A stretch of 64,000 bases of DNA from Longimicrobiales bacterium (lineage in GTDB: Bacteria; Gemmatimonadota; Gemmatimonadetes; Longimicrobiales; Gaopeijiaceae): assembly GCA_965218295.1 (NCBI GenBank), contig CBDCKN010000009.1, positions 448,001-512,000 of the forward strand, given 5' to 3'. This document shows positions 20,784 to 30,664 of the stretch, piece by piece. The notes beneath the pieces were generated by a model. That model saw nothing but the letters and a program-made list of their open reading frames with translations. It was not told the origin of the DNA and did not search any database. Position 1 is the first letter of the stretch. Each line of letters starts with the position of its first letter. A program made the position numbers and the translations under genes.

Positions 20784-21459
20784 TCAAGGTGCGGCGCCTA
20801 CCGTCACGGGCAGGCCGCGGATGGTCCAATCAGGAATGCCTTCTTCCAGCCGCCGCGCTCGGAACCCGACCCTGCGGAGCGCCTCGACCGCGCGCACGGC
20901 GTAGATGCAATACGGACCTCGGCAATAGGCGACGATCTCTCCGTCGGACGGCAGCTCTGCCAAACGCTGTTGGATCTCACCCACCGGCATGGAAATCGCC
21001 CCCGGGGGATGTGTCCAGCCGCGTACTCATCCGGCGGACGTACATCGAGCACGGTCACTTCACCGGCACGCAACCGATCGAGGAGATCGGTGGAGTGAAA
21101 CCGGCTCCAGCAGGTCCGGATCATGGAAGTAGTCGTGGATGATCTCTCTCGCCTCGGCCAGTTGCCCACCTGCGATGGCCTGCAAGGACCGCACAAACTC
21201 GTGGACACGGAGGCTGGCGAGTCGGTAATAGACGTGGGCTCCCTCCTTGCGAGTGGACACGAGCGACGCGTGCCTAAGCCCCTTCAGGTGAGCGCTCGTA
21301 TTCCCGACCGTGAGCCCGGCCTGACGCGCGAGGGTCTCCACCGTCTTCTCCCCCTGCGCCAAGAGAATCCAGTAGGACGAGCCGAGGTCGACTCCCGACG
21401 GCCTTGCCCACGCGCGCAAAGTGCTCGAACAGCTCGAGCTTCGCGGCTTTGAGTTCCAT
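20784..21459 (-). pseudogene. ArsR/SmtB regulator fused to rhodanese domain, multiple frameshifts
   Basis: Pieces LFEHFARVGKA; NTSAHLKGLRHASLV..RKEG..VYYRL; VLDVRPPDEYAAGHIP; IVAYCRGPYC, in different frames. Confidence 0.85.
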
Positions 21460-21496
21460 GGTTCATCGCGCCTGAGGAGGTGGATCTGCTTATTGT

Positions 21497-21522
21497 TTCA
21501 AGAATTCTATAGAATATTAGAA
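21497..21522. promoter_or_regulatory. Putative ArsR-type operator
   Basis: AT-rich imperfect dyad TTCAAGAATTCTATAGAATATTAGAA (perfect core ATTCTATAGAAT) about 40 bp upstream of the ArsR gene. Confidence 0.55.
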
Positions 21523-21654
21523 CATGCGGCGCGATGCAAACCCCGTCTCCCTGAACCATCGCTTACTCCCGACCTGACCCCCCTTGCTCCACTCCGCCCC
21601 ATATTATACTATTCCATATAATACTGCCCAGTATCATATCCGGAGAGACATGTC

Positions 21655-22035
21655 GTGGAACACAATGACCGACGCGACGGAGAGCGGATCGAGGACTCGC
21701 TGCCCCTGAAGCCACAGTGGTTCCATATCCTCCTCGCGCTTTCCGAAAAGGCACGGCACGGCTCGGGAATCGTGCGCGCGGTGCTGGAGCAGACGGACGG
21801 GAAGCTGCGCCTATGGCCTGCCACGCTGTACGGCTCGCTGGAGGATGTCGCGGCCAAGGGTTGGATCTCGGAGCTGACCGAACCCGCTGAGCGGCCCAAG
21901 GGCGAGAGCGAGAAGAAGCGCTTCTACGGCATCACGACGTCGGGGGCTCGCATTCTGGCCGCCGAAGCCAACCGGCTTCAGTCACTCGCCAGCGTGGCCC
22001 TGGAGAGGGTGGCCTCGGGCGAAGCGGCCACATGA
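21655..22035 (+). CDS. PadR family transcriptional regulator
   Basis: FHILLALS..RHGSGI...LWPATLYGSL...GWI...KKRFYGIT..G. Confidence 0.88.
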   Translation: MEHNDRRDGERIEDSLPLKPQWFHILLALSEKARHGSGIVRAVLEQTDGKLRLWPATLYGSLEDVAAKGWISELTEPAERPKGESEKKRFYGITTSGARILAAEANRLQSLASVALERVASGEAAT

Positions 22036-22169
22036 TCCACCCGTTGGGCCGTTCGGTCTACCGGCTCCTCCTCCGACTCCTGGTGCCCGAGTTTCGGGCC
22101 AAGCACGGGGCCGAGATGGAGGTGTTGTTCTTCGAAGCCCCCCCGTCGCGCCGGAGGCGCCTCGCGTGA
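22032..22169 (+). pseudogene. N-terminal stub of an ADOP-type ABC permease
   Basis: MIHPLGRSVYRLLLRLLVPEFRAKHGAEMEVLF is the typical start of PadR-associated permeases. ATGA-coupled to padR; ends after 45 aa. Confidence 0.6.
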
Positions 22170-22935
22170 AACTCAGAGGATATCTGGCCGTAGCATTCGT
22201 GGGCCTCTGCCTCCTCGCAGCCGACCTGGCCCAACGGTTGGTCATCACACCGTGGACCTGGCTTCGGCCCTCGCGTCGGATCGCGATCCTCAGCCGGTGG
22301 ATACAGACCATGGCCTGGCTGGTCACGCGGCCCGTGTCGGTCATCGGCAGGGCGCAACTTCCGGTCCCCCCGAAGATCCCCTTCGAGCCCGGGGTCCTCA
22401 TCCTCATGAACCACCAGTCGATGTTCGACGTCCCGATGGTCGTGCAATCCGTAAGGCCCGGACACCCCGGATCGTAACCCGGAAGCGATACACCAGGTGG
22501 ATCCCGCAAATCTCGCATATGACGAGGCTCTATCAATACCCGACGGTTAACCCCAGGGGAACGGCCTCGGAGATGCGGACAGCCCTTGAGGAGCTGCGCG
22601 AAACGGCCCGTACCTCCGAGGTGCCGCTGGCGCTCTTCCCCGAAGGAACACGCGCGAAGGACGGCGAGATCGGGAAGTTCAGGACCTCTGGAATGAGAGT
22701 GATCCTGAGGGCCCGGCCGTGGAGGGTATACGTCCTGGTCGCCGACGGCTTCTGGCATGTGGCGAAGCTCAAGGACTTCGTCGAAGGGGTCTCGAAGCTC
22801 CGGGGACGCGTGGAGCTGGCCGGCGTCCTGAACTGGACGGATCCGGAGGCCGATGCGAGGCCGTTCATCGACCAAGTACGTGAACTGATGGTCCGGACAC
22901 TCGCCGACATGCGCGCCGGAGCGCCGGTCGCGTGA
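22166..22935 (+). pseudogene. 1-acyl-sn-glycerol-3-phosphate acyltransferase (PlsC-like), one frameshift near 22460
   Basis: NHQSMFD (HxxxxD) in one frame and LFPEGTR in another. Confidence 0.8.
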
Positions 22936-23876
22936 GCGATATGTCCTGGCCCGGTGTCGGTGAGCTGGCTGCGGCCCTCGTGGGTGCGACGGGCTCGTCG
23001 GTCCGCGTGATCCTCCTCTACGGATCCCACCTGACCGACGCCAGCCCCGACCGGCACAGCGCGTTCGACTTCGTCGTCGTGGTGGGAGATTACGCGTCGT
23101 TCTACTCGGGGCTCAGCGCCGCTGGAGAGTTGCACCGTCCCGTATGGTTGATGACACAGATGGCACGTGTGCTGCCGCCCAACGTCATCGCGTTCGCTCC
23201 GAACGAGGGCGAGGAGGGTATCGCGAAGTGCGTGATCGTCAGCCGGGATCATCTCACGAAGGTGCTCGGATCCGAGCCGCCCGACCACTTCCTGCTGGGG
23301 CGCATGGTCCAGATGCTGGGGAAGGTGTGGATCGCGAGTCCCGAGGACGAGTCCTGGATCGATGCGCAGCTGGCCGGCGCGCGCGGCCGCGTGCTCGAAT
23401 GGATGGTCCCGTACCTCGACGCGCCCGTGGACGCGGCGGGGTTCGGCCGCCGCATGCTCGAGGTCTGCTACCAGGGCGAGCTCCGGCCCGAGTCACGGGG
23501 CCGGCCCGACCGGCTCTCCGATGCCCAGGACGGCCATTTTCGGGAGCAATTCGGCGCGGTGCTCGCGCGGGGTGAGGAGGACGGCGTCCTGCGCCGGGAG
23601 GGCCAGGCGTTCGTGCTGGCCACCCCCGCACCGGCACATGTCAGGCGACGTTGGCGTCGCCACTTCCGGCGCTCGAAGGTCCACGCCACGCTTCGCTGGT
23701 TCAAGCACATCCTGACCTTCGCCAACTGGCTGCCGTACGTGGTGCGGAAGGTGGAGCGCCACACGGGCCGCCCCATCCACCTGACCACGCTCGAGCGGAA
23801 GCTGCCCCTTATCTTCCTGTGGCCGCGCGCGATCAAGGTCCTCCTGACCCGTCCTCCGCGAGAGATCTCGAAATGA
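22932..23876 (+). CDS. Nucleotidyltransferase-fold protein, Tam41/Mmp37-like (candidate phosphatidate cytidylyltransferase)
   Basis: LLYGS...DFVVVV NTase signature, LPPNV, AKC/GRM.Q. Translationally coupled between PlsC and a CDP-alcohol transferase. Confidence 0.55.
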   Translation: MSDMSWPGVGELAAALVGATGSSVRVILLYGSHLTDASPDRHSAFDFVVVVGDYASFYSGLSAAGELHRPVWLMTQMARVLPPNVIAFAPNEGEEGIAKCVIVSRDHLTKVLGSEPPDHFLLGRMVQMLGKVWIASPEDESWIDAQLAGARGRVLEWMVPYLDAPVDAAGFGRRMLEVCYQGELRPESRGRPDRLSDAQDGHFREQFGAVLARGEEDGVLRREGQAFVLATPAPAHVRRRWRRHFRRSKVHATLRWFKHILTFANWLPYVVRKVERHTGRPIHLTTLERKLPLIFLWPRAIKVLLTRPPREISK

Positions 23877-24607
23877 GAACGGACTTCGTCGTCCTGCTGT
23901 TCATCCTCGGCGTGGCCGTGGGCTCGATGCCCGTCTACGCGTTGGGCCCCGGGCGGAGGTCCGAAGACCCACACGACGTGGCGGACCGGGGGGGCTTCGT
24001 GCTTGGGAGCTTCGTGCGAAGCTGGTTCTACTGGTTTATCCGGCCGGTCGAGGTCGTATCCGTGGCGCTCAGGCTCTCACCGACCGCGTTCAACCTGCTC
24101 GGCGCCGCGTTCGGCATCGCGGCAGGTGTGTGCTTCGGACTCGGATACGTGAACCTCGGGGGCTGGGGGGTGCTCATGGGCGGTGCGGCGGACGTGCTGG
24201 ACGGCCGAGTCGCGCGGGCGCGAGGGATGGCGGACGAGCGTGGGGCCTTTCTGGACTCCACGCTCGATCGTTTCGCCGAGGTCGGCGCGTTCGTCGGCCT
24301 GGCCGTCCTCTTCCGCGACTCGACCCTGGCGCTGACCCTGGCCGTCACCGCGCTGGGCGGATCCCTATTGGTGAGCTATGCCCGGGCGAGGGGCGAGAGC
24401 GTCGGCGTGGTGTGTAAGCTGGGTGTCATGCAGCGAGCCGAACGGCTCCTCCTGATCGGGTTCGGCGGCATCCTCGAGCCGGCCGTGAGCGAGTGGGCCG
24501 GCTGGGCTCCCGGGACGTTGCTCACCGGAATCCTCGGGCTCGTCGCAGTCGGGACGGTAGGCACGGCGGTGTTCCGGACGGTCTGGATCACCAAGCGGTT
24601 GTCGTAA
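23873..24607 (+). CDS. CDP-alcohol phosphatidyltransferase
   Basis: DVLDGRVAR...GAFLDSTLDRFAE signature; VSYARARGE as in PI/PIP synthase-like enzymes. Confidence 0.92.
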   Translation: MRTDFVVLLFILGVAVGSMPVYALGPGRRSEDPHDVADRGGFVLGSFVRSWFYWFIRPVEVVSVALRLSPTAFNLLGAAFGIAAGVCFGLGYVNLGGWGVLMGGAADVLDGRVARARGMADERGAFLDSTLDRFAEVGAFVGLAVLFRDSTLALTLAVTALGGSLLVSYARARGESVGVVCKLGVMQRAERLLLIGFGGILEPAVSEWAGWAPGTLLTGILGLVAVGTVGTAVFRTVWITKRLS

Positions 24608-24861
24608 CCCGCCGTCTGACAGGCCCACCCGCTCCTTCAACTCCTCAAACCAGTTATCGACAAGGATCAATTGAGTGTCGAACTCTCCAACCTTCAGCAT
24701 CACCAATCGCTGGTCATCTGGGCTGATATCGTATCCCGCGTGACCGTTCCCGATTAGGTAGGCGGCCAAGGGAAACAGGACTCGCTGCCCCTCTCTGCCA
24801 ACTTACGTGAGACACAGAGCAGCTAAGGAATTAGAGTAGGGCGAAGGCAGAGAAACCGAGG

Positions 24862-25311
24862 ATGCTGAGACACCGTGAGAGAATGAAAGAGAATGGAATA
24901 GCCCCACCAACCTGGGACGGTAAGCGAAGCGCGGCAGCTCCTGCGGACTCGGAGGTGGTAGATAGGCCGCTGCGCCGGCGGTTCGCTCCGTCGTACAAGC
25001 TGCGGATCGTCGAAGAAGCGGACCGGTGCACGGAGCCCGGAGAGGTTGGCCGACTCCTACGGCGGGAGGGCTTGTACTCGTCGCACCTGACGACATGGCG
25101 CAAGGCGGCGCATAGCGGGTCCCTGAAAGCGCTGTCGAAGAAACGAGGCCGTAAGCGCGAGCGCAATCCGCTGGAGGAGAAGGTGCGCAAGCTGGAGCGC
25201 GAGAACACTCGCCTCGAGAAGGAGCTCCAGAAGGCGCACTTGATCATCGACGTCCAGGGAAAAGTTGCAGGGCTGCTGGGATTGAGCCTCGAGGACGGGA
25301 CGAACTCATGA
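24862..25311 (+). CDS. IS3 family transposase OrfA
   Basis: RRRF...YKLRIVEEAD..LLRREGLYSSHL..WR HTH plus coiled coil. Confidence 0.9.
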   Translation: MLRHRERMKENGIAPPTWDGKRSAAAPADSEVVDRPLRRRFAPSYKLRIVEEADRCTEPGEVGRLLRREGLYSSHLTTWRKAAHSGSLKALSKKRGRKRERNPLEEKVRKLERENTRLEKELQKAHLIIDVQGKVAGLLGLSLEDGTNS

Positions 25312-26315
25312 AGGCGACCCAGGAGCTAGCCAAGCACGTAGGGGTGAAGCCCGCGTGCGATGCGCTCAGGGTGCCGCGAGCCACGTTCTACCGTCGTCGG
25401 AGTGCATCGACCGGGCATCAGCAGCCCCGCCCGACCCCCGCCCGGGCCTTAAGTGAGAGGGAGCGGGACAAGATTTTCGACACCCTGTGTTCGGAGCGGT
25501 TCGTGGACCGGTCCCCAGCCGAGGTGGTGGCGACGCTGCTCGACGAGGACGTCTACCTGTGCAGCGAGCGTACGATGTATCGCGTTCTGGCTTCCCAGGT
25601 GCCGGTTCAGGAGCGTCGAGCGCAGCGGAGTCATCCCAAATACCAGAAGCCCGAGTTGATGGCGAGGGGCCCGAACCAGGTCTGGTCCTGGGATATCACC
25701 CGGCTGCTGGGGCCGAAGAAGTGGAGTTACTTCTACCTCTACGTGATCCTGGACATCTTCAGCCGCTACGTCGTGGGATGGATGGTGGCGGATCGGGAGA
25801 ACTCTGCCCTGGCCAGCCGGCTGATCCAGCAGAGTTGCTTGAAGCATGGCGTCCAGCCCCACCTCCTGACCCTGCATTCCGATCGAGGGGCTCCGATGAC
25901 GAGCCAATGCACGGCTCAACTACTCGCCGATCTCGGCGTGACCCGCTCGTTGGGCCGACCCCAGGTCTCGGATGACAATCCGTTCTCCGAGGCTCAGTTC
26001 AAGACCTTGAAGTACCATCCCTCGTTTCCCGGCCGGTTCGGGGATCAGGGGCAAGCCAAGACCTTCTGTCGCTCGTTCTTCCGTTGGTATAATGCCGAGC
26101 ACCGCCATGGCGGCATCTCGATGCTGACCCCCGAACAGGTCCACTTCGGTCACGCCGATCGGATCATCGCCTGCAGGAAGGCCGTGCTCCGTGAGGCATG
26201 GGCCGCTCATCCCGAGCGCTTCGTCTCCGGTGAGCCGAAGCCTAAACCACTCCCGGAGGCCGTCTGGATCAATCCTCCCACCCCATCCCTCACTACACAG
26301 GAGATTGCTCTCTAA
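25308..26315 (+). CDS. IS3 family transposase OrfB (rve integrase core)
   Basis: WSWDIT, LHSDRG, DNPFSEAQFKTLK DDE triad. ATGA overlap with orfA. Confidence 0.93.
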   Translation: MKATQELAKHVGVKPACDALRVPRATFYRRRSASTGHQQPRPTPARALSERERDKIFDTLCSERFVDRSPAEVVATLLDEDVYLCSERTMYRVLASQVPVQERRAQRSHPKYQKPELMARGPNQVWSWDITRLLGPKKWSYFYLYVILDIFSRYVVGWMVADRENSALASRLIQQSCLKHGVQPHLLTLHSDRGAPMTSQCTAQLLADLGVTRSLGRPQVSDDNPFSEAQFKTLKYHPSFPGRFGDQGQAKTFCRSFFRWYNAEHRHGGISMLTPEQVHFGHADRIIACRKAVLREAWAAHPERFVSGEPKPKPLPEAVWINPPTPSLTTQEIAL

Positions 26316-26961
26316 TTGATTTCCAAGAGTGTCTCACTGGCGTTGACAGGTTCCGGCTGCCCCACAGCGAACGATGGATCTCTGATGATTTCGGCAACCA
26401 TTTGTTCGTCAGCGTTCGCCGTTCCCTGATAAAACAACTCTCGACCATTGTGTGCCCACACGGCCTCATCGCCTCTAGTCGTGGATATCTGCCACCTGCC
26501 CGCATCAACGTCGGGGAAGGGACGCACATACACCTGAATATCGCCGTCGTCCTGGAGCCAGGTGTGGGCTAGCCAGCGACCGTCGGGGGAAAGTGAGATC
26601 TCAAGCGCCGCTCCCTCCGTGACCAATGGAGTCGCTGCGCTGTCCACCCCGGGGCGTATCGCGTAGATGTCGGAGTTCGCGATGAATGCGTCCGATTCCA
26701 CGAAGACCAGCCAGGTGCCGTCGGGCTTGGACGACTGCGATGACAGCGCCGGAGTCGATCCACCTTGCCAACCTCGGGATGATGAGCGCGTAGAACACTG
26801 CCATAATGGCGAGCAAAATGAACGTTTCTTGGTGGGTGAAGAATCCTCTCGATCCATGATTCTCGGTCATCGCGGGCAGCTCGCGCATGGCAGTTACAAG
26901 ATTGTCCTGTTCGTGGGTGGTGCCTGAGCTGAAATCTAGCGGGTTCTCTAGAGACGAGCGC

Positions 26962-27195
26962 CTATTCCATGCGCACATAGCGATAGAGTCGGTACCCATC
27001 ACGCTGCTCGAGGCCGTCGGGTTCGTAGCCTTGGGCGAGTATGGCGTCGAGGACCAACGCCATGCCCGCCCCTATGAGATCCGGATCGCCGTCGAAGGTC
27101 ATCCCGTCCGAGATCGCGAGCTCGAAAGAAGGACCTTCGAGCTTGGTCGCTACGACGTGGGCGTGAGCCGATTCGGCGGACTCGAAAATGGTCAT
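26962..27195 (-). CDS. Hypothetical protein
   Basis: 77 aa, AGGAG upstream, globular-looking composition. Confidence 0.55.
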   Translation of the reverse strand: MTIFESAESAHAHVVATKLEGPSFELAISDGMTFDGDPDLIGAGMALVLDAILAQGYEPDGLEQRDGYRLYRYVRME

Positions 27196-27355
27196 CGTGT
27201 GTCCCTACTCCTGCCGCAACGTCTTCGCCGGGTCCAGGTTCGCCGCCCTTCGGGCCGGTACTTCCGTCGCCAGCAGAGCCGTCACGCACAGGAGTAGAGC
27301 CCGGTCGCCGGTTTTGTCTCTTGCGGCTTGCCCCGGAGGAGTCCAGATACGCTGG

Positions 27356-27796
27356 CTAGCCAGCGCTGGCCCACAGTTTCAGGACGATGTCATCCACTGA
27401 AAGCGGACCTCCTGCACTGTCCACAACAGCTAGCCACTCGGTAGGCATGGTCAGCCCCTGTGGTGGGATGGGTTCCGCGCCTACCGAGTAAGCAAGCGCT
27501 AGAATGACCGGCCCCTCGTGTATCGCAGGCGGCTGTACTAGGCGCGAGAAATCCTGGACCACCACCTTCTCCTCGGGCGACAGAGAATCCGCGACAAGCC
27601 AGAACTGGCATCGAGCATTCGGGCCGAGAGCGACAATCAGTGAGCGAGCGCCGGTGTTTTCTCTCGTGGCGTAATGTGAAGTGAGGACGTCTTGAACGCC
27701 GTTGAGGTATTCCGACAAAGCGTCGGGGCCACCCGACAGACGTGGCGCCATCACTTCCTCTGGTTGGAGGAGAGTTATGTTCTGCAGATGGAACAT
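27356..27796 (-). CDS. Hypothetical protein
   Basis: 146-aa ORF with natural composition (not Arg/Pro-biased like shadow ORFs). Confidence 0.6.
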   Translation of the reverse strand: MFHLQNITLLQPEEVMAPRLSGGPDALSEYLNGVQDVLTSHYATRENTGARSLIVALGPNARCQFWLVADSLSPEEKVVVQDFSRLVQPPAIHEGPVILALAYSVGAEPIPPQGLTMPTEWLAVVDSAGGPLSVDDIVLKLWASAG

Positions 27797-27810
27797 GTCT
27801 TGAAGCGCCC

Positions 27811-28092
27811 TCAGCCGATTCGAAAGACTCGGCGGTTCTCGTTAGGCCGGTACAACAACCACGCATCCGGTGGCACCGCCTCGCGGAGCTCATCGCAGTC
27901 CCCAGGTGGGGGCTGCTGGCCAGGAGGTTCTCCCGGGTGCCAGACGCGGCAGCCTCCGGGAGGTGGCATCTGCCCATGTGGGATGTCGTAGACTTCGTCT
28001 GCTAAAGGATACGCAGGCGCCTCCGCGGTAAGCGCAACGCTGCAACCGCCCAGCACCCCTGCCACCGCGAGTATCCAAAAGGACCTATTCAT
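27811..28092 (-). CDS. Proline-rich small lipoprotein
   Basis: GGAGG RBS, lipobox LGGC, IPHGQMPPPGGCRVWHPGEPPGQQPPPGDC motif. Confidence 0.7.
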   Translation of the reverse strand: MNRSFWILAVAGVLGGCSVALTAEAPAYPLADEVYDIPHGQMPPPGGCRVWHPGEPPGQQPPPGDCDELREAVPPDAWLLYRPNENRRVFRIG

Positions 28093-28292
28093 GTGCCCCC
28101 TCCGATGCCGGACATCTATCCTCCACGAACACAAAATCATCGACCCCAATATAGGCTCACAGCGATCTGACGGCTTCAATCGACGAGACAACCGACTGGA
28201 CCAAGGAAGTCGCCGCAAACCGAGGTGGGCCTCTGTACGCCGACAGTGAGCGACTGCTGCGGGAGCCACTGATGATACTGCTTCTGCCACCC

Positions 28293-28697
28293 CTATCGGT
28301 CCACAACTGTGAAATCGTGGCTCGTTTCGATCTGGCGCCCGCCACTATCCTCGATGCGCAGCGTGACGCGGTACGATCCCGCCTCCATCTCCCTGGGTGT
28401 GATCGTCCGGCTGCGGGAGGTCGCGAACCCGTCCGCGTGATCGTCCCAGCTGATGCGGACTGGGTCTACTGGGTCTGGGGCCCTTCCCAAAAGGCGACGC
28501 ACTCCGCCTACCACACCTCCGTCAGCAATGGGCCTGAGGGTCACTCGCCCCGTGAACGGCTCGTCATCGGGCAGACCGCAGACGATGTACGAGACCTTGA
28601 TCTCCGCACCCTGGAGGACCGTGCCGAGCGGCTCTACGAGCAGTTCGCGATCACCATCGGATGCGTCTCTCCTACGCCTCTGACGACGGATAGGCAT
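28293..28697 (-). CDS. Hypothetical protein or fragment with Ig-like beta-sandwich C-terminus
   Basis: Ends GSYRVTLRIED...SHDFTV. Start uncertain; may be a gene remnant. Confidence 0.4.
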   Translation of the reverse strand: MPIRRQRRRRDASDGDRELLVEPLGTVLQGAEIKVSYIVCGLPDDEPFTGRVTLRPIADGGVVGGVRRLLGRAPDPVDPVRISWDDHADGFATSRSRTITPREMEAGSYRVTLRIEDSGGRQIETSHDFTVVDR

Positions 28698-29098
28698 TCT
28701 AAAGACCCTTTCCGAGTGCGGTACCCTGCTTGAGCGAGGCGAGACCCTCCCCTTGCAAAACTGACCCAGGCTAAGGTGAACGCTCGCCGTCCGGCCATAC
28801 AAGGACGAGACGAGCGGATGCGTGGATGGGCAGCGGTGGATGGAGCGGGGTGGACCCTCAAACCAGAGGGACGAAGGCATGGGGGTGTGCTCTCAGTCTG
28901 AGCCACCATCGAGGCCGAGACATTCGGGGGTCGGATCGTCCTGCGCCGCGGCGGGTCCGAGAGTCGGCAGGACCTGGTCCGCTGATTTTTCGAAGGATGC
29001 AACTTCCGGCGGTGAAATCTCGTCTATAGTTATGACCCGAGTCATGACCATGCGGGGATGCCTTCCCCGAGTCGGTTCACAGAGAAGGAGCAGTAGGG

Positions 29099-29347
29099 AT
29101 GAAAACAAGCGATTCGACACAGGACATGCCCAGGCAACCCAACGATACCCGAGGAGGTGGCACCGTGACCTTCGCCGAGTTCATCGAGTGGAACAGCGAG
29201 GGTCAGATGAAATCGGCAGCAAAGGAAGCAAAGAAAGAGTCGAGGGCCCTGGTGTTCATCGAGGTCACCGGCGTCATCGTCGCTTGCATCGCGATCATCG
29301 CTTCCCTCGCCTATCCCGTCGTGACCGCCGCTTTGTGGGTCGGATAG
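29099..29347 (+). CDS. Small hypothetical membrane protein
   Basis: 82 aa with a C-terminal TM segment; AAGGAG upstream. Confidence 0.5.
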   Translation: MKTSDSTQDMPRQPNDTRGGGTVTFAEFIEWNSEGQMKSAAKEAKKESRALVFIEVTGVIVACIAIIASLAYPVVTAALWVG

Positions 29348-29461
29348 AGACCTCCGTGATCTGGCCGTTGGAGAGCAACCGGAACCGACCAAGACGGACA
29401 ACTGGATCGTACACGGGCGCACTCCGGGATCAGACCGAGGTCAATGTCCTATGAGGGGGCT

Positions 29462-29575
29462 GGTAGGCGCAAGCAGAAGGGTGGAGAACCGCCCTTACAC
29501 GCGCTCTGAGCGTCTTCGGGGTGTATTCGGTATTTGGGTCCGGCTGAAGCGCCCTCGTGGTTTAGAGGGCCGTTA
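29462..29575 (+). repeat. Structured intergenic repeat, copy R1
   Basis: GGTAGGCGCAAGCAGA...CTCTGAGCGTCTTCGG...TTCGGTATTT...GCCCTCGTGGTTTAGAGGGCCGTTA, shared with R2-R4. Confidence 0.8.
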
Positions 29576-29656
29576 TCGGCGTGCTCATGTGTAAGCGACT
29601 ACAGCAACACCCAAGGCGGAACCTGTCAACGCCAGTGAGACACTCTTGGAAATCAA

Positions 29657-30664
29657 TTAGAGAGCAATCTCCTGTGTAGTGAGGGATGGGGTGGGAGGAT
29701 TGATCCAGACGGCCTCCGGGAGTGGTTTAGGCTTCGGCTCACCGGAGACGAAGCGCTCGGGATGAGCGGCCCATGCCTCACGGAGCACGGCCTTCCTGCA
29801 GGCGATGATCCGATCGGCGTGACCGAAGTGGACCTGTTCGGGGGTCAGCATCGAGATGCCGCCATGGCGGTGCTCGGCATTATACCAACGGAAGAACGAG
29901 CGACAGAAGGTCTTGGCTTGCCCCTGATCCCCGAACCGGCCGGGAAACGAGGGATGGTACTTCAAGGTCTTGAACTGAGCCTCGGAGAACGGATTGTCAT
30001 CCGAGACCTGGGGTCGGCCCAACGAGCGGGTCACGCCGAGATCGGCGAGTAGTTGAGCCGTGCATTGGCTCGTCATCGGAGCCCCTCGATCGGAATGCAG
30101 GGTCAGGAGGTGGGGCTGGACGCCATGCTTCAAGCAACTCTGCTGGATCAGCCGGCTGGCCAGGGCAGAGTTCTCCCGATCCGCCACCATCCATCCCACG
30201 ACGTAGCGGCTGAAGATGTCCAGGATCACGTAGAGGTAGAAGTAACTCCACTTCTTCGGCCCCAGCAGCCGGGTGATATCCCAGGACCAGACCTGGTTCG
30301 GGCCCCTCGCCATCAACTCGGGCTTCTGGTATTTGGGATGACTCCGCTGCGCTCGACGCTCCTGAACCGGCACCTGGGAAGCCAGAACGCGATACATCGT
30401 ACGCTCGCTGCACAGGTAGACGTCCTCGTCGAGCAGCGTCGCCACCACCTCGGCTGGGGACCGGTCCACGAACCGCTCCGAACACAGGGTGTCGAAAATC
30501 TTGTCCCGCTCCCTCTCACTTAAGGCCCGGGCGGGGGTCGGGCGGGGCTGCTGATGCCCGGTCGATGCACTCCGACGACGGTAGAACGTGGCTCGCGGCA
30601 CCCTGAGCGCATCGCACGCGGGCTTCACCCCTACGTGCTTGGCTAGCTCCTGGGTCGCCTTCAT
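29657..30664 (-). CDS. IS3 family transposase OrfB
   Basis: Same protein sequence as 25308..26315. Confidence 0.93.
   Translation of the reverse strand: MKATQELAKHVGVKPACDALRVPRATFYRRRSASTGHQQPRPTPARALSERERDKIFDTLCSERFVDRSPAEVVATLLDEDVYLCSERTMYRVLASQVPVQERRAQRSHPKYQKPELMARGPNQVWSWDITRLLGPKKWSYFYLYVILDIFSRYVVGWMVADRENSALASRLIQQSCLKHGVQPHLLTLHSDRGAPMTSQCTAQLLADLGVTRSLGRPQVSDDNPFSEAQFKTLKYHPSFPGRFGDQGQAKTFCRSFFRWYNAEHRHGGISMLTPEQVHFGHADRIIACRKAVLREAWAAHPERFVSGEPKPKPLPEAVWINPPTPSLTTQEIAL

Larger units (their letters stand above)
24789..26355 (+). mobile_element. IS3-family element, copy A (1567 bp)
   Basis: Ends CCCTCTCTGCCAAC..GTGAGACAC / GTGTCTCAC..GTTGACAGGTTCCG; 2-bp TSD GC defined by the uninterrupted paralog; intact orfA and orfB. 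Confidence 0.93.
24623..26726 (-). pseudogene. Fragment of a TolB/PD40 beta-propeller C-terminus (kinase-TolB type), interrupted by IS3
   Basis: After removing the IS and a 2-bp TSD, 535 bp align without gaps and with few substitutions to 63128-63662. Confidence 0.85.

Noticed and set aside
21590..21640. dif-like site in the AT-rich stretch
   Set aside because: No XerD-arm match; its position just before padR fits a promoter or operator better, but this is not firmly supportable.
24623..26726. Diversity-generating retroelement TR/VR pair with 63128-63662
   Set aside because: Mismatches are not confined to adenines, and no reverse transcriptase is present.
26730..26870. Prepilin-like peptide (RGFFTHQETFILLAIM...IIPRL)
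   Set aside because: The cleavage motif is degenerate and the frame runs into a deletion junction; too weak to call.
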